Of a DNA stretch of 32,000 nt, positions 20,093 to 27,472 are shown one piece after another. Made by a program: the position numbers and the translations under genes. The first letter of the stretch is position 1. The number at the start of each line of letters is the position of its first letter. The notes beneath the pieces are model-generated. The model searched no databases, was not told the DNA's origin, and saw only the letters and a list, made by a program, of their open reading frames with translations. This DNA is from Acidothermus cellulolyticus 11B (GTDB lineage: Bacteria > Actinomycetota > Actinomycetes > Acidothermales > Acidothermaceae): contig NC_008578.1 in assembly GCF_000015025.1 (NCBI RefSeq), positions 1,080,001-1,112,000 on the forward strand, read 5' to 3'.

Positions 20093-22381
20093 TCAACGCG
20101 ACGTCCGCCGTCTCGATCGGAGCACCGTACGGACCGAGGTCGGCAGGAGGAGCGCCCGCAGCCGGCGGGACCGGGGCATTGCGGCAATGAGGGCGCGGCG
20201 TACCAATTGCTGGTCGCGACGGGGTTCAAAATTCTCCGCCAAATTCCGCACGCGATGGGGGGTCGCGTACCGGGCGAGCTCCTCGGCGTGCGCAAGGCGG
20301 AAGAGCGCGTCGGTCGCCTCCGGTTGGCCGCGAAGCTGCGGAGCCGCCGCCAGCCGTTGTGCCGCCCGGCGCGGCGTGTCCGTGTCACCGGTCCACTCCA
20401 GCCGTAGGTCACGCACGTCGTCACCCAATTCGGCCCAGGCCACGTGAGCCTCGGCAGCCGCGTCGTCCGCCGCAGTCCACCGGCGCTCCCGGATCCACCA
20501 ACGGGCGGCCGGACCGGCACCGACGCCCAACGCAACCAGCACGATGAGCCCAAGAAGTTCCGGTGGAATCCGCGGCAATTGGACGCCGTGCTGGACGCTG
20601 CGCGTTCCCGGGGCGGCGGCCCCTGCACCGCTGGGGGCGGCCGATGGGATGTTCGCGGTACCTGGGCCGGTAGCGCTCGGGGTGGGTGGAACGGTCGCGG
20701 ACGGCACAGTGCCGGTCGCGCCGTATGCCGGGACCGTCGCCTGCCCATCGGCCCGCGGTGTCGGCTCGAAGCGCAACCACCCGATTCCGGGGAAGTACAG
20801 CTCCGGCCAGGCGTGGGCGTCCGCCGTCGTTACGACGTAGCTGTCCGTGCCGGTAACGGGTTCGCCGGGCGTGAAGCCGATATCGACCCGGGCCGGAATC
20901 CCTTCCATCCGGGCCATCAGCGCCATGGTGGCGGCGAACTGTTCGCAGTAGCCGGTCCGGTCTTGCAGGAACGATTCCAGCGCGCTGGTCGAGCTTCCGG
21001 AGCGGGCGTTGATGTCGTAGGTGAAATTTGCGAGAAACCAATTCTGCAGCGCAAGCGCTTTTTCGTAAGGCGTGCCGGCCCGCGCGACGATTTGGTCGGC
21101 CAGTTGTTTGATGTTCGGCGGAATATTCGTGGGATATTGCAAATAGCGGGTGGCGGTGGGGTCGACCGCCGTCCGAATATTTCTCAGCATCTGAACAGAG
21201 GGAGTTATCGGCGCGCTGACGACCGTGTATTGCTGATTCTTTCTCGTTACTCCCTGCGGGTCGTAGAAGACGCCTGTGGTCGGATTGAATTTCCAGGGTT
21301 CCCCGACGTCCACCCGGAGTGGGACTTGCGGCACCGGAAGGAAAGGTTCACGCAATCCGCTGACGGTGACCTGCGTGACAACCCGGGTGTCCGTCGTCCC
21401 GCCGACGGTCGGCAGCGGAGCGTCCGCGGCGATGTCCCCACCGGACGCCAGACCGCTGGCCCGCCAGGTGGTGCCGTCGAACTCGTCGAGAGTGAGCATC
21501 CGGAAGTAGTCAGGCCGGCCGGAGGTCGTGTACGTGAATAGCGGAATGGGCGTGCTCTGCGTCAGGTCCCGACGTACCGAGACGAACGGCTGGATCGTCG
21601 CTCCGCCGCCGCCCGGATCAACTCCGCCTCCCGACGTGTGATGGGTGCCGAACCACCCCGCGTGGAGCCCCGGAATCGCGAGGGGAACGGCAATAGCGAT
21701 CAGTATGGCAACCCCGGCCATGGTGTGGCCGGACCGGGCCAGTTCGCGGCCGACCGTCGCGGGCCACCGCCGTGCGCCGGCAACCCGGCCGACGACCGCG
21801 CGGCCCCACCCGCTCAGCCGTTCTCGTCCTTCCGCGGTCAGCAGGAGGAGATAACCGGCCGCCGCACAGACGAACGGGAGCCAACCCACACCCTGGTTCA
21901 GGATCGCCGCCGGAACGGTGAAGACGGCGAGCAGCGGCAGACCACAGATCGCCGGACGGCGTAACGCTGTGACGGAAATGTCAATCATCACGGCGACCAG
22001 GCCGACACCGCCGACCGCCAGCAGGGTGATCCCCCGGGTCGGCGTGACCGGGGCCGACATCTCGGTGGTGTCGTTAAAGCCGTTGATCAGCGTGTCGCGG
22101 AGGCTGGCCACCGCTCCGGGTCCCGGCAGGAAGCCGAAGACGGCGCTCGTGTGAGCGAACAGCGCCGTCACCGCGAAGACATAGCCGGCTACCCCGGCGA
22201 GCGGAGCAAGGCCGGCGATCGGCCGTATCTGCCGGAACAGCAACGACGCCACCGTGACCGCAGCGATGACGACCGCCACCGGCCCGAGCCACCGCAGGGT
22301 GGTGAAGAGGGGGAGAAGGGCGAGCGAGCCGAGGAACGCCGCCAGTCCCGCGGCCAGACTCAACCGGAGCTGGCTCGTCAT
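20093..22381 (-). CDS. Polytopic membrane transglutaminase-like protein (DUF3488 / transglutaminase core / DUF4129 architecture)
   Basis: Six or more N-terminal TM helices. The Cys-His-Asp core context is GYCEQFAATMALMARMEGIPARV...DAHAWPELYFPGIGWLRFEPTP. A late TM helix and a C-terminal helical tail follow. I choose the start at ATG 22381, which overlaps the DUF58 stop (ATGA). The ORF is open to 22582. Confidence 0.85.
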   Translation of the reverse strand: MTSQLRLSLAAGLAAFLGSLALLPLFTTLRWLGPVAVVIAAVTVASLLFRQIRPIAGLAPLAGVAGYVFAVTALFAHTSAVFGFLPGPGAVASLRDTLINGFNDTTEMSAPVTPTRGITLLAVGGVGLVAVMIDISVTALRRPAICGLPLLAVFTVPAAILNQGVGWLPFVCAAAGYLLLLTAEGRERLSGWGRAVVGRVAGARRWPATVGRELARSGHTMAGVAILIAIAVPLAIPGLHAGWFGTHHTSGGGVDPGGGGATIQPFVSVRRDLTQSTPIPLFTYTTSGRPDYFRMLTLDEFDGTTWRASGLASGGDIAADAPLPTVGGTTDTRVVTQVTVSGLREPFLPVPQVPLRVDVGEPWKFNPTTGVFYDPQGVTRKNQQYTVVSAPITPSVQMLRNIRTAVDPTATRYLQYPTNIPPNIKQLADQIVARAGTPYEKALALQNWFLANFTYDINARSGSSTSALESFLQDRTGYCEQFAATMALMARMEGIPARVDIGFTPGEPVTGTDSYVVTTADAHAWPELYFPGIGWLRFEPTPRADGQATVPAYGATGTVPSATVPPTPSATGPGTANIPSAAPSGAGAAAPGTRSVQHGVQLPRIPPELLGLIVLVALGVGAGPAARWWIRERRWTAADDAAAEAHVAWAELGDDVRDLRLEWTGDTDTPRRAAQRLAAAPQLRGQPEATDALFRLAHAEELARYATPHRVRNLAENFEPRRDQQLVRRALIAAMPRSRRLRALLLPTSVRTVLRSRRRTSR

Positions 22382-23646
22382 GGCACAGTCACCGGCGCGC
22401 CGGCCAAGCCCACTGCGACAAGCTGTTGCCAGACTCCAGGAACCCGTGTTCGGCCGTCTGCGACCGCCACGCGCCATCCGGAAGCGGCCAGCAGCGCAGC
22501 CGTCCGGCTTGCCGGGAGTCCCGGCGTCCTCGGGGTGTTCAGCGGATTCCAGCGGTCGACGTCGAGCACGATGGCCAAGCATCGCGATGCGTGGCGTTGC
22601 AGATCGGCGAGGACCTCGACGTCCGGCATGCTGAGCGCGCCAAGGACGGCGACGAGCAGTCCGGCGTTCGATCCGCGAATCGCGCTCGCCGCTCCGCGGA
22701 AGTCGGCTCCGGGGGCGGGCGCGAGGGCGGCTAGCACCTCGAGCAGCTCGGCTTCGGTCGAGAGCGACGGGGTGACGCCGAGCAGAGGCGCGCCGTCACT
22801 GTCGACGAGGCGCAGCCGGAAGTTGTCCCGGGCCAGCCGGACGCCGACCGACGCGACCGCTGTGACGGCCCATTCCAGCGACGACGCGACGCCCTCGCCG
22901 CGATGCGCCGTGGCTCGGCGATCGAGGAGCAGGACGGCGCGCCGGTGCCACGGCTGCTCTTCCCGGCGGACCATGAGCTCCCCATGCCGAGCCGTCAACC
23001 GCCAGTGCACCCGGCGCAGATCATCGCCGTGCCGGTATTCGCGGGGGGTGACGTCGTCCTCGCCGCTCGTCGCCAGCGAACGTGCCTCACCCTCCGTGCT
23101 CCCCGCTCGTCCGGCACCCGCGGCGAGCGGCGTCAGTGGATAGACACGCGGTGTGACCACGAGTGTCGAGGTCGATCGGAAGGTGCGGACGGTCTCGACC
23201 AGGCCGAAGACGTCCACGAACCGGAGTGCGAGCGGCCCGACGGTATAGCGACCCCGGACATCGGCGCGGACCGGGTAGGCCATCTCGCGGACGCCGTGCG
23301 GCTCGATCCGTCCGAGCACGAAGCGAGGCCGACCGCCCAAGGCGTATGGCAGGCGGTCCTCCGCGAGCAGGACGCTGCTGCGCAGCCGGGAGAGGTTCTC
23401 GATGCGCAGGACGACTCGGGCCGGCTCGCCGACCGGCACCCGCGGCGGTTCGATGCGCCGGGAACAGGCGAGCCGATAACGAGCCCGCGCTACCATGCCG
23501 GCGGCGACGAGCGGAAGGGCCAACAGCAGGACGCCGACCCGGAGCAGATCACGCTCGCCGAGGACCAGGCCACACAGGCTTGCCGCGATTCCCGCGGCAA
23601 GAAAGGACCGGCCGCGGGTGGTCAGTCCAGCGAGCGCCGCCCGCAT
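22378..23646 (-). CDS. DUF58-family protein (MoxR-associated)
   Basis: 422 aa with two N-terminal TM helices and the hallmark REYRHGDDLRRVHWRLTARHGELMVRREE. Its ATG overlaps the MoxR stop by 1 nt. Confidence 0.85.
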   Translation of the reverse strand: MRAALAGLTTRGRSFLAAGIAASLCGLVLGERDLLRVGVLLLALPLVAAGMVARARYRLACSRRIEPPRVPVGEPARVVLRIENLSRLRSSVLLAEDRLPYALGGRPRFVLGRIEPHGVREMAYPVRADVRGRYTVGPLALRFVDVFGLVETVRTFRSTSTLVVTPRVYPLTPLAAGAGRAGSTEGEARSLATSGEDDVTPREYRHGDDLRRVHWRLTARHGELMVRREEQPWHRRAVLLLDRRATAHRGEGVASSLEWAVTAVASVGVRLARDNFRLRLVDSDGAPLLGVTPSLSTEAELLEVLAALAPAPGADFRGAASAIRGSNAGLLVAVLGALSMPDVEVLADLQRHASRCLAIVLDVDRWNPLNTPRTPGLPASRTAALLAASGWRVAVADGRTRVPGVWQQLVAVGLAGAPVTVP

Positions 23647-24644
23647 CAGCGGGTCGCCCCCCAGGGAGGTACCGGAGGTGCAGGGACCGGCACACTCCGG
23701 AGAATATCGGCCAGGATTTCCGCCGGACCGCGCCGCGCGATGTGGGCATCGGCGGTGACCAGCAACCGGTGGGCGAGCACCGGCAGGGCGAGGTCGCGAA
23801 TGTCGTCGGGCAGGACGTAGTCGCGATCATCCAGGGCCGCGGCGGCGCGGGCCGTCTTGACGAGCTGCAGAGTTGCCCGCGGGGAAGCGCCGAGCCGCAG
23901 CTCCGGATGCCGTCTCGTCGCGGTCACGAGGTCAATGGCATAACGCTGCACATCCGGGGCCACGTAGACCGATCGGACGGTCTCGATCGCCCGCGCCACC
24001 TCGCCGGCGTCTGTCACCGGCTCGAGCTCTTCCAACGGATTACGGCTCGCGTGGGCGTCGAGCATCTGCTGTTCCGCACCAGGCGACGGATACCCCATCG
24101 AGAGCCGGACGGCGAACCGGTCGCGCTGCGCTTCCGGCAGCGGGTAGGTGCCCTCCATTTCGATGGGATTCTGCGTCGCGATGACCATGAACGGCGTCGC
24201 CAGCCGGTACGTGTGTCCGTCGACCGTGGCCTGGCGTTCCTCCATGCTCTCCAGCAATGCCGATTGCGTTTTCGGTGACGCCCGGTTGATTTCGTCGCCG
24301 ACCACGATATTGGCGAAAATCGGTCCCGGCTTGAATTCGAATTCCCGTGTTTCTTGGTTGTAGACCGACACTCCGGTGATATCGCTGGGCAGCAAGTCCG
24401 GGGTGAATTGAATGCGGCGGACCGTGCAGTCGATGGCTTTTGCCAGTGCTTTCGCCAGCATCGTCTTTCCGACGCCGGGAACGTCCTCGATGAGGATGTG
24501 GCCTTCGGACAATAAGACGGTCACGGCGAGGCGGATGACGTCCGATTTCCCGTCGATGACGCGTTCGACTGCTTCACAAATCAGTCGGCCCGTTTTCGCC
24601 ACGTGCCGTACGTCGGTGTTGCCCACGCCTGGAAACGCTGCCAC
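23646..24644 (-). CDS. moxR: MoxR-family AAA+ ATPase
   Basis: Walker A EDVPGVGKT, Walker B IVVGDEINRA, plus ATQNPIEMEGTYPLPEAQRDRF. I prefer the GTG start at 24644, with a GAGGAGG SD at 24654-24660. The ORF is open to 24713. Confidence 0.9.
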   Translation of the reverse strand: MAAFPGVGNTDVRHVAKTGRLICEAVERVIDGKSDVIRLAVTVLLSEGHILIEDVPGVGKTMLAKALAKAIDCTVRRIQFTPDLLPSDITGVSVYNQETREFEFKPGPIFANIVVGDEINRASPKTQSALLESMEERQATVDGHTYRLATPFMVIATQNPIEMEGTYPLPEAQRDRFAVRLSMGYPSPGAEQQMLDAHASRNPLEELEPVTDAGEVARAIETVRSVYVAPDVQRYAIDLVTATRRHPELRLGASPRATLQLVKTARAAAALDDRDYVLPDDIRDLALPVLAHRLLVTADAHIARRGPAEILADILRSVPVPAPPVPPWGATR

Positions 24645-24793
24645 CCGTCCCGTCCTCCTCGCCTCTCGCTGTACCGGCACCCGCCCGCGACCGTCCTCCC
24701 GCCGGGGCAGCACCCGCGCGCGACCGTCTCTTCGAGTGTGTCAGGTCTCCCCGGCCTCCGAACCCGGGTTGCGCCACTCCTCAGCCTTCGTAT

Positions 24794-24893
24794 GTCCCGG
24801 TGCCGCCGGCGAGCAGCCGTCCCGGTGCCGCCGGGGAACAGCCGTCCCGGTGCCGCCGGCGAGCAGCCGTCCCGGTGCCGCGGAGAGCGGTCC
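24794..24893. repeat. 25-bp tandem repeat, 4 copies
   Basis: GTCCCGGTGCCGCCGGCGAGCAGCC at 24794-24818, copy 2 at 24819-24843 (2 mismatches), copy 3 at 24844-24868 (identical to copy 1) and a diverged copy 4 at 24869-24893. The array is in the moxR / mraZ divergent intergenic region. The unit length is not a multiple of 3. Confidence 0.9.
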
Positions 24894-25083
24894 TTCTCAC
24901 TCGCGCTCCATTCGCTGACGGGACCACCTGCGCTCCGTTCGCCGGCCGGACCATCGCAGGCGCGGCCGCTGCCCTGACGACGGTCGGCTGCGCTCCGAGG
25001 TTCGACGCCGGCCGGTGAATGGCCGGGCGACACGGGCGAATGGCTGGGAGACACCGGACCGGAAATCGGCCCGTTGTGGCGCC

Positions 25084-25123
25084 GATGTGGTGGAAAGTGG
25101 AGTACAGTGGCGCGCAATGGAGG
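25084..25123 (+). promoter_or_regulatory. Four phased (G/A)TGG boxes with exact 10-bp periodicity (candidate MraZ operator in the dcw promoter region)
   Basis: GATGTGG TGGAAAGTGG AGTACAGTGG CGCGCAATGG: the TGG ends fall at 25090, 25100, 25110 and 25120. The array lies 60-100 bp upstream of the mraZ ATG. MraZ is known to bind direct repeats spaced one helical turn apart (TGGGN in E. coli, AAAGTGG/T in mollicutes). Confidence 0.5.
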
Positions 25124-25183
25124 AGGCTTGCGGTCGGCCGGGCCGGTGCCGGCCGCCGACGTCCCAGCGGGGAGGTGAGCGCG

Positions 25184-25624
25184 ATGTTCATGGGCTTCAT
25201 GGGCACGCACTACCCCCGGCTGGACGAGAAAGGCCGGCTGTTCCTCCCGGCCAAATTCCGGGACGAGCTCGCGGACGGCCTTGTGATCACAAAGGGTCAG
25301 GAGCGGTGCTTGTACGTCTTCCCGGTCGCGGAGTTCATGCGGATCACCGAAGCGCTGCGCAGCGCACCCATCGGCGCAAAAGCGGTACGCGACTACGGCC
25401 GCATCCTGTTCGCCAGCGCCTACGACCAAGTGCCCGACAAGCAGGGCCGACTGACGATTCCGCCGAACCTCCGAGAGTACGCGGGCCTCACCCGCGACTG
25501 CGTCGTGATCGGCGCCAACACCCGCGTGGAGATCTGGGACGCGCAGGCCTGGGAGGAGTACCTGCGCGCCCAAGAACCTGCCTTCGCCGAGCTGAGTCAG
25601 GAGGTGTGGCCGACAGTCTCATGA
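25184..25624 (+). CDS. mraZ: Transcriptional regulator MraZ
   Basis: From ATG 25184, with a GGGGAGGTG SD. It reads [29 protein letters not shown]...[16 protein letters not shown], showing the two DxxxR(L/I) SpoVT/AbrB-like halves typical of MraZ. First gene of the dcw cluster. Confidence 0.95.
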
Positions 25625-25697
25625 GCTTCGACGACGCCGGCGTCCCCTGACGCTTCTTCCCCGGCGCCAGGTGACCGCGAGCGTCGAGGCAGCACCG

Positions 25698-25727
25698 GAT
25701 GCGGGCCGCTGCTCGGCGGCCCGCATC
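25698..25727 (+). ncRNA. Strong 12-bp GC-rich hairpin in the 145-nt mraZ-rsmH spacer (candidate mraW-motif element or attenuator)
   Basis: GATGCGGGCCGC at 25698-25709 pairs perfectly with GCGGCCCGCATC at 25716-25727, with the 6-nt loop TGCTCG. No U-tract follows. Its position matches where the actinobacterial mraW RNA motif is reported, but I cannot verify the consensus. Confidence 0.35.
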
Positions 25728-25769
25728 TCCCTCCCTCGCAGCCCAGCCGTTGCCTCTTCGAGGAGTGCG

Positions 25770-26759
25770 ATGACCGCAGACCCGGGTTCTTCGGTGCCCC
25801 CTGCTGTAGTGCACCGACCGGTCATGGTCGACCGGGTCGTCGAGCTGCTGCTTCCTGCGCTTGGCTACCCCGGAGCAATCGTCGTCGATGCGACGGTGGG
25901 TCTCGGGGGTCACGCGGAGGCGGTCGTGCGCGCCGCGTCGGCCGCGACGCTGATCGGCCTCGACCACGATCCGCACGCCATCCGCCTGGCCGCGCAGCGC
26001 CTCGCCGGGTACGCCGATCGCGTGCAGCTCGTCAACGTTGCCTTTGACCGGTTGGCCCAGGTGCTCTCCGAGAGAGGGATATCCGCCGTCGCGGCAATTC
26101 TCTTTGATCTCGGGCTGAGCTCGTTGCACATCGACGACCCGGCACGCGGATTCGCTTACTCGCGTGACGTTCCGCTCGACATGCGAATGGATCCCCGTCT
26201 CCCGCGTACCGCGGCCGATGTCGTCAACACCTACTCCGCTACTGAGCTTGCACGGGTTCTCCGGGTCTACGGCGAGGAGCGGTTCGCCGTCCGGATTGCA
26301 GACGCCATTGTCCGGCGGCGCGCTCGTCAGCCGATCACGTCGACCCGCGACCTCTCCGAGCTGGTCCGCGAAGCGATCCCCGCGCCCGCCCGGCGGACCG
26401 GCGGTCACCCGGCCAAGCGCACCTTCCAAGCGCTGCGCATCGAAGTGAACGACGAACTGGGCCGCCTCGAACGCACCCTGCCCGTCGCGATCGCGGCGCT
26501 TCAGCCGGGGGGCCGGATCGTCGTCCTCTCGTACCACTCCCTGGAGGACCGCACGGTCAAGCGCTTCTTTCAGGCGGCGGCTTCGGACGCGACTCCGGCC
26601 GGGCTTCCGACCGCCCTGCCGACGGCGCGACCCCGGCTTCGGTTGCTGACCCGGGGAGCGGAACGACCGTCGCCGGCTGAGGTGGCGGCCAATCCGCGGG
26701 CCGCGTCCGCCCGGCTACGCGCCGCGGAGAAGATTCGCGACACCCGGGAGGCGGCATGA
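25770..26759 (+). CDS. rsmH: 16S rRNA (cytosine1402-N4)-methyltransferase RsmH (MraW)
   Basis: From ATG 25770, with a GAGGAG SD. Motifs: HRPVMVDRV, VDATVGLGGHAE, FDLGLSSLHID, SYHSLEDR. Confidence 0.9.
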   Translation: MTADPGSSVPPAVVHRPVMVDRVVELLLPALGYPGAIVVDATVGLGGHAEAVVRAASAATLIGLDHDPHAIRLAAQRLAGYADRVQLVNVAFDRLAQVLSERGISAVAAILFDLGLSSLHIDDPARGFAYSRDVPLDMRMDPRLPRTAADVVNTYSATELARVLRVYGEERFAVRIADAIVRRRARQPITSTRDLSELVREAIPAPARRTGGHPAKRTFQALRIEVNDELGRLERTLPVAIAALQPGGRIVVLSYHSLEDRTVKRFFQAAASDATPAGLPTALPTARPRLRLLTRGAERPSPAEVAANPRAASARLRAAEKIRDTREAA

Positions 26760-27469
26760 GCGCCGCCGCACCCGCCCCCCGGCCGACCGTGCGGGTCCGG
26801 TCAGCGGACGCCGCCCGCCCGTCGCTGCGGCACCTCCCGCCACGCCCCGTCCGATCGCCGGTGGAGAGCCCGGCCGCCAAGCCGGCACTGCGTGTCGTCA
26901 GCGCTCGCCGCGTCGCGCCGCGGGCACCGTTCGTCCTCGTCGTGAGCGGGCTCCTGGCCGCCGCCCTCGTCACCGTGCTCACGCTCAACACCTGGCTCGC
27001 GCAAGGTTCCTTCACCCTCCGCCAGCTGCAACTCACCCAACAACAACTGAACGACCAGGTGCAGGCGGCGCAACAAGCACTGGCCGCCGATGCGAATCCG
27101 GCCGCACTTGCCGCGCGAGCGAGCGCACTCGGTCTGGTACCGGCCCCGAACCCGGTGTTCCGCCAGGGCAGTGCCGTGCTTGGGGTCCCTGAGCCGGCGA
27201 CGTCGCCGCCGATGCCGGCTCCCAGCCCGGCGGTCAGCGCGTCGGCTCCGGCTGCCCAGCCGACGCCGCACCCCTCGACGACCCTGACGCCGCACCCCAC
27301 CCCCACCGCGGCTCCCCGAGCGTCCGCATCCGCGGAGCCGCGTCCGGCGTCGAGCGCCCCCGCACGTTCCGCGTCGGCGACGAGGACGCCGTCCCCGTCG
27401 CCGGCCCGCTCCGGCGCACGGTCGCCGACCCCCGGAAGCACGCCACCGCCGACCCCGGGAAGGCGGTGA
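26756..27469 (+). CDS. ftsL: FtsL-like cell-division protein with a long Pro/Ala/Ser-rich C-terminal tail
   Basis: Positioned between rsmH and ftsI, with an ATGA overlap at the rsmH stop. It has a single TM helix (FVLVVSGLLAAALVTVLTL) followed by a coiled-coil (LRQLQLTQQQLNDQVQAAQQAL), then about 100 aa of low complexity. Confidence 0.75.
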   Translation: MSAAAPAPRPTVRVRSADAARPSLRHLPPRPVRSPVESPAAKPALRVVSARRVAPRAPFVLVVSGLLAAALVTVLTLNTWLAQGSFTLRQLQLTQQQLNDQVQAAQQALAADANPAALAARASALGLVPAPNPVFRQGSAVLGVPEPATSPPMPAPSPAVSASAPAAQPTPHPSTTLTPHPTPTAAPRASASAEPRPASSAPARSASATRTPSPSPARSGARSPTPGSTPPPTPGRR

Positions 27470-27472
27470 CCG

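Noticed and set aside
24794-24893. Tandem repeats here, and at 5419-5528 and 7492-7567, considered as a possible CRISPR array.
   Set aside because: The units are contiguous with no unique spacers. Unit sizes are 18-39 bp head to tail, and there are no cas genes. These are minisatellites, not CRISPR.
25074-25118. An attempt to assign the mraZ -35/-10 hexamers (TTGTGG with TACAGT, or TGGAAA with CGCAAT).
   Set aside because: The spacings (22, 12 or 16 nt) or the hexamer quality are unsatisfactory. I report only the phased boxes, not a promoter.
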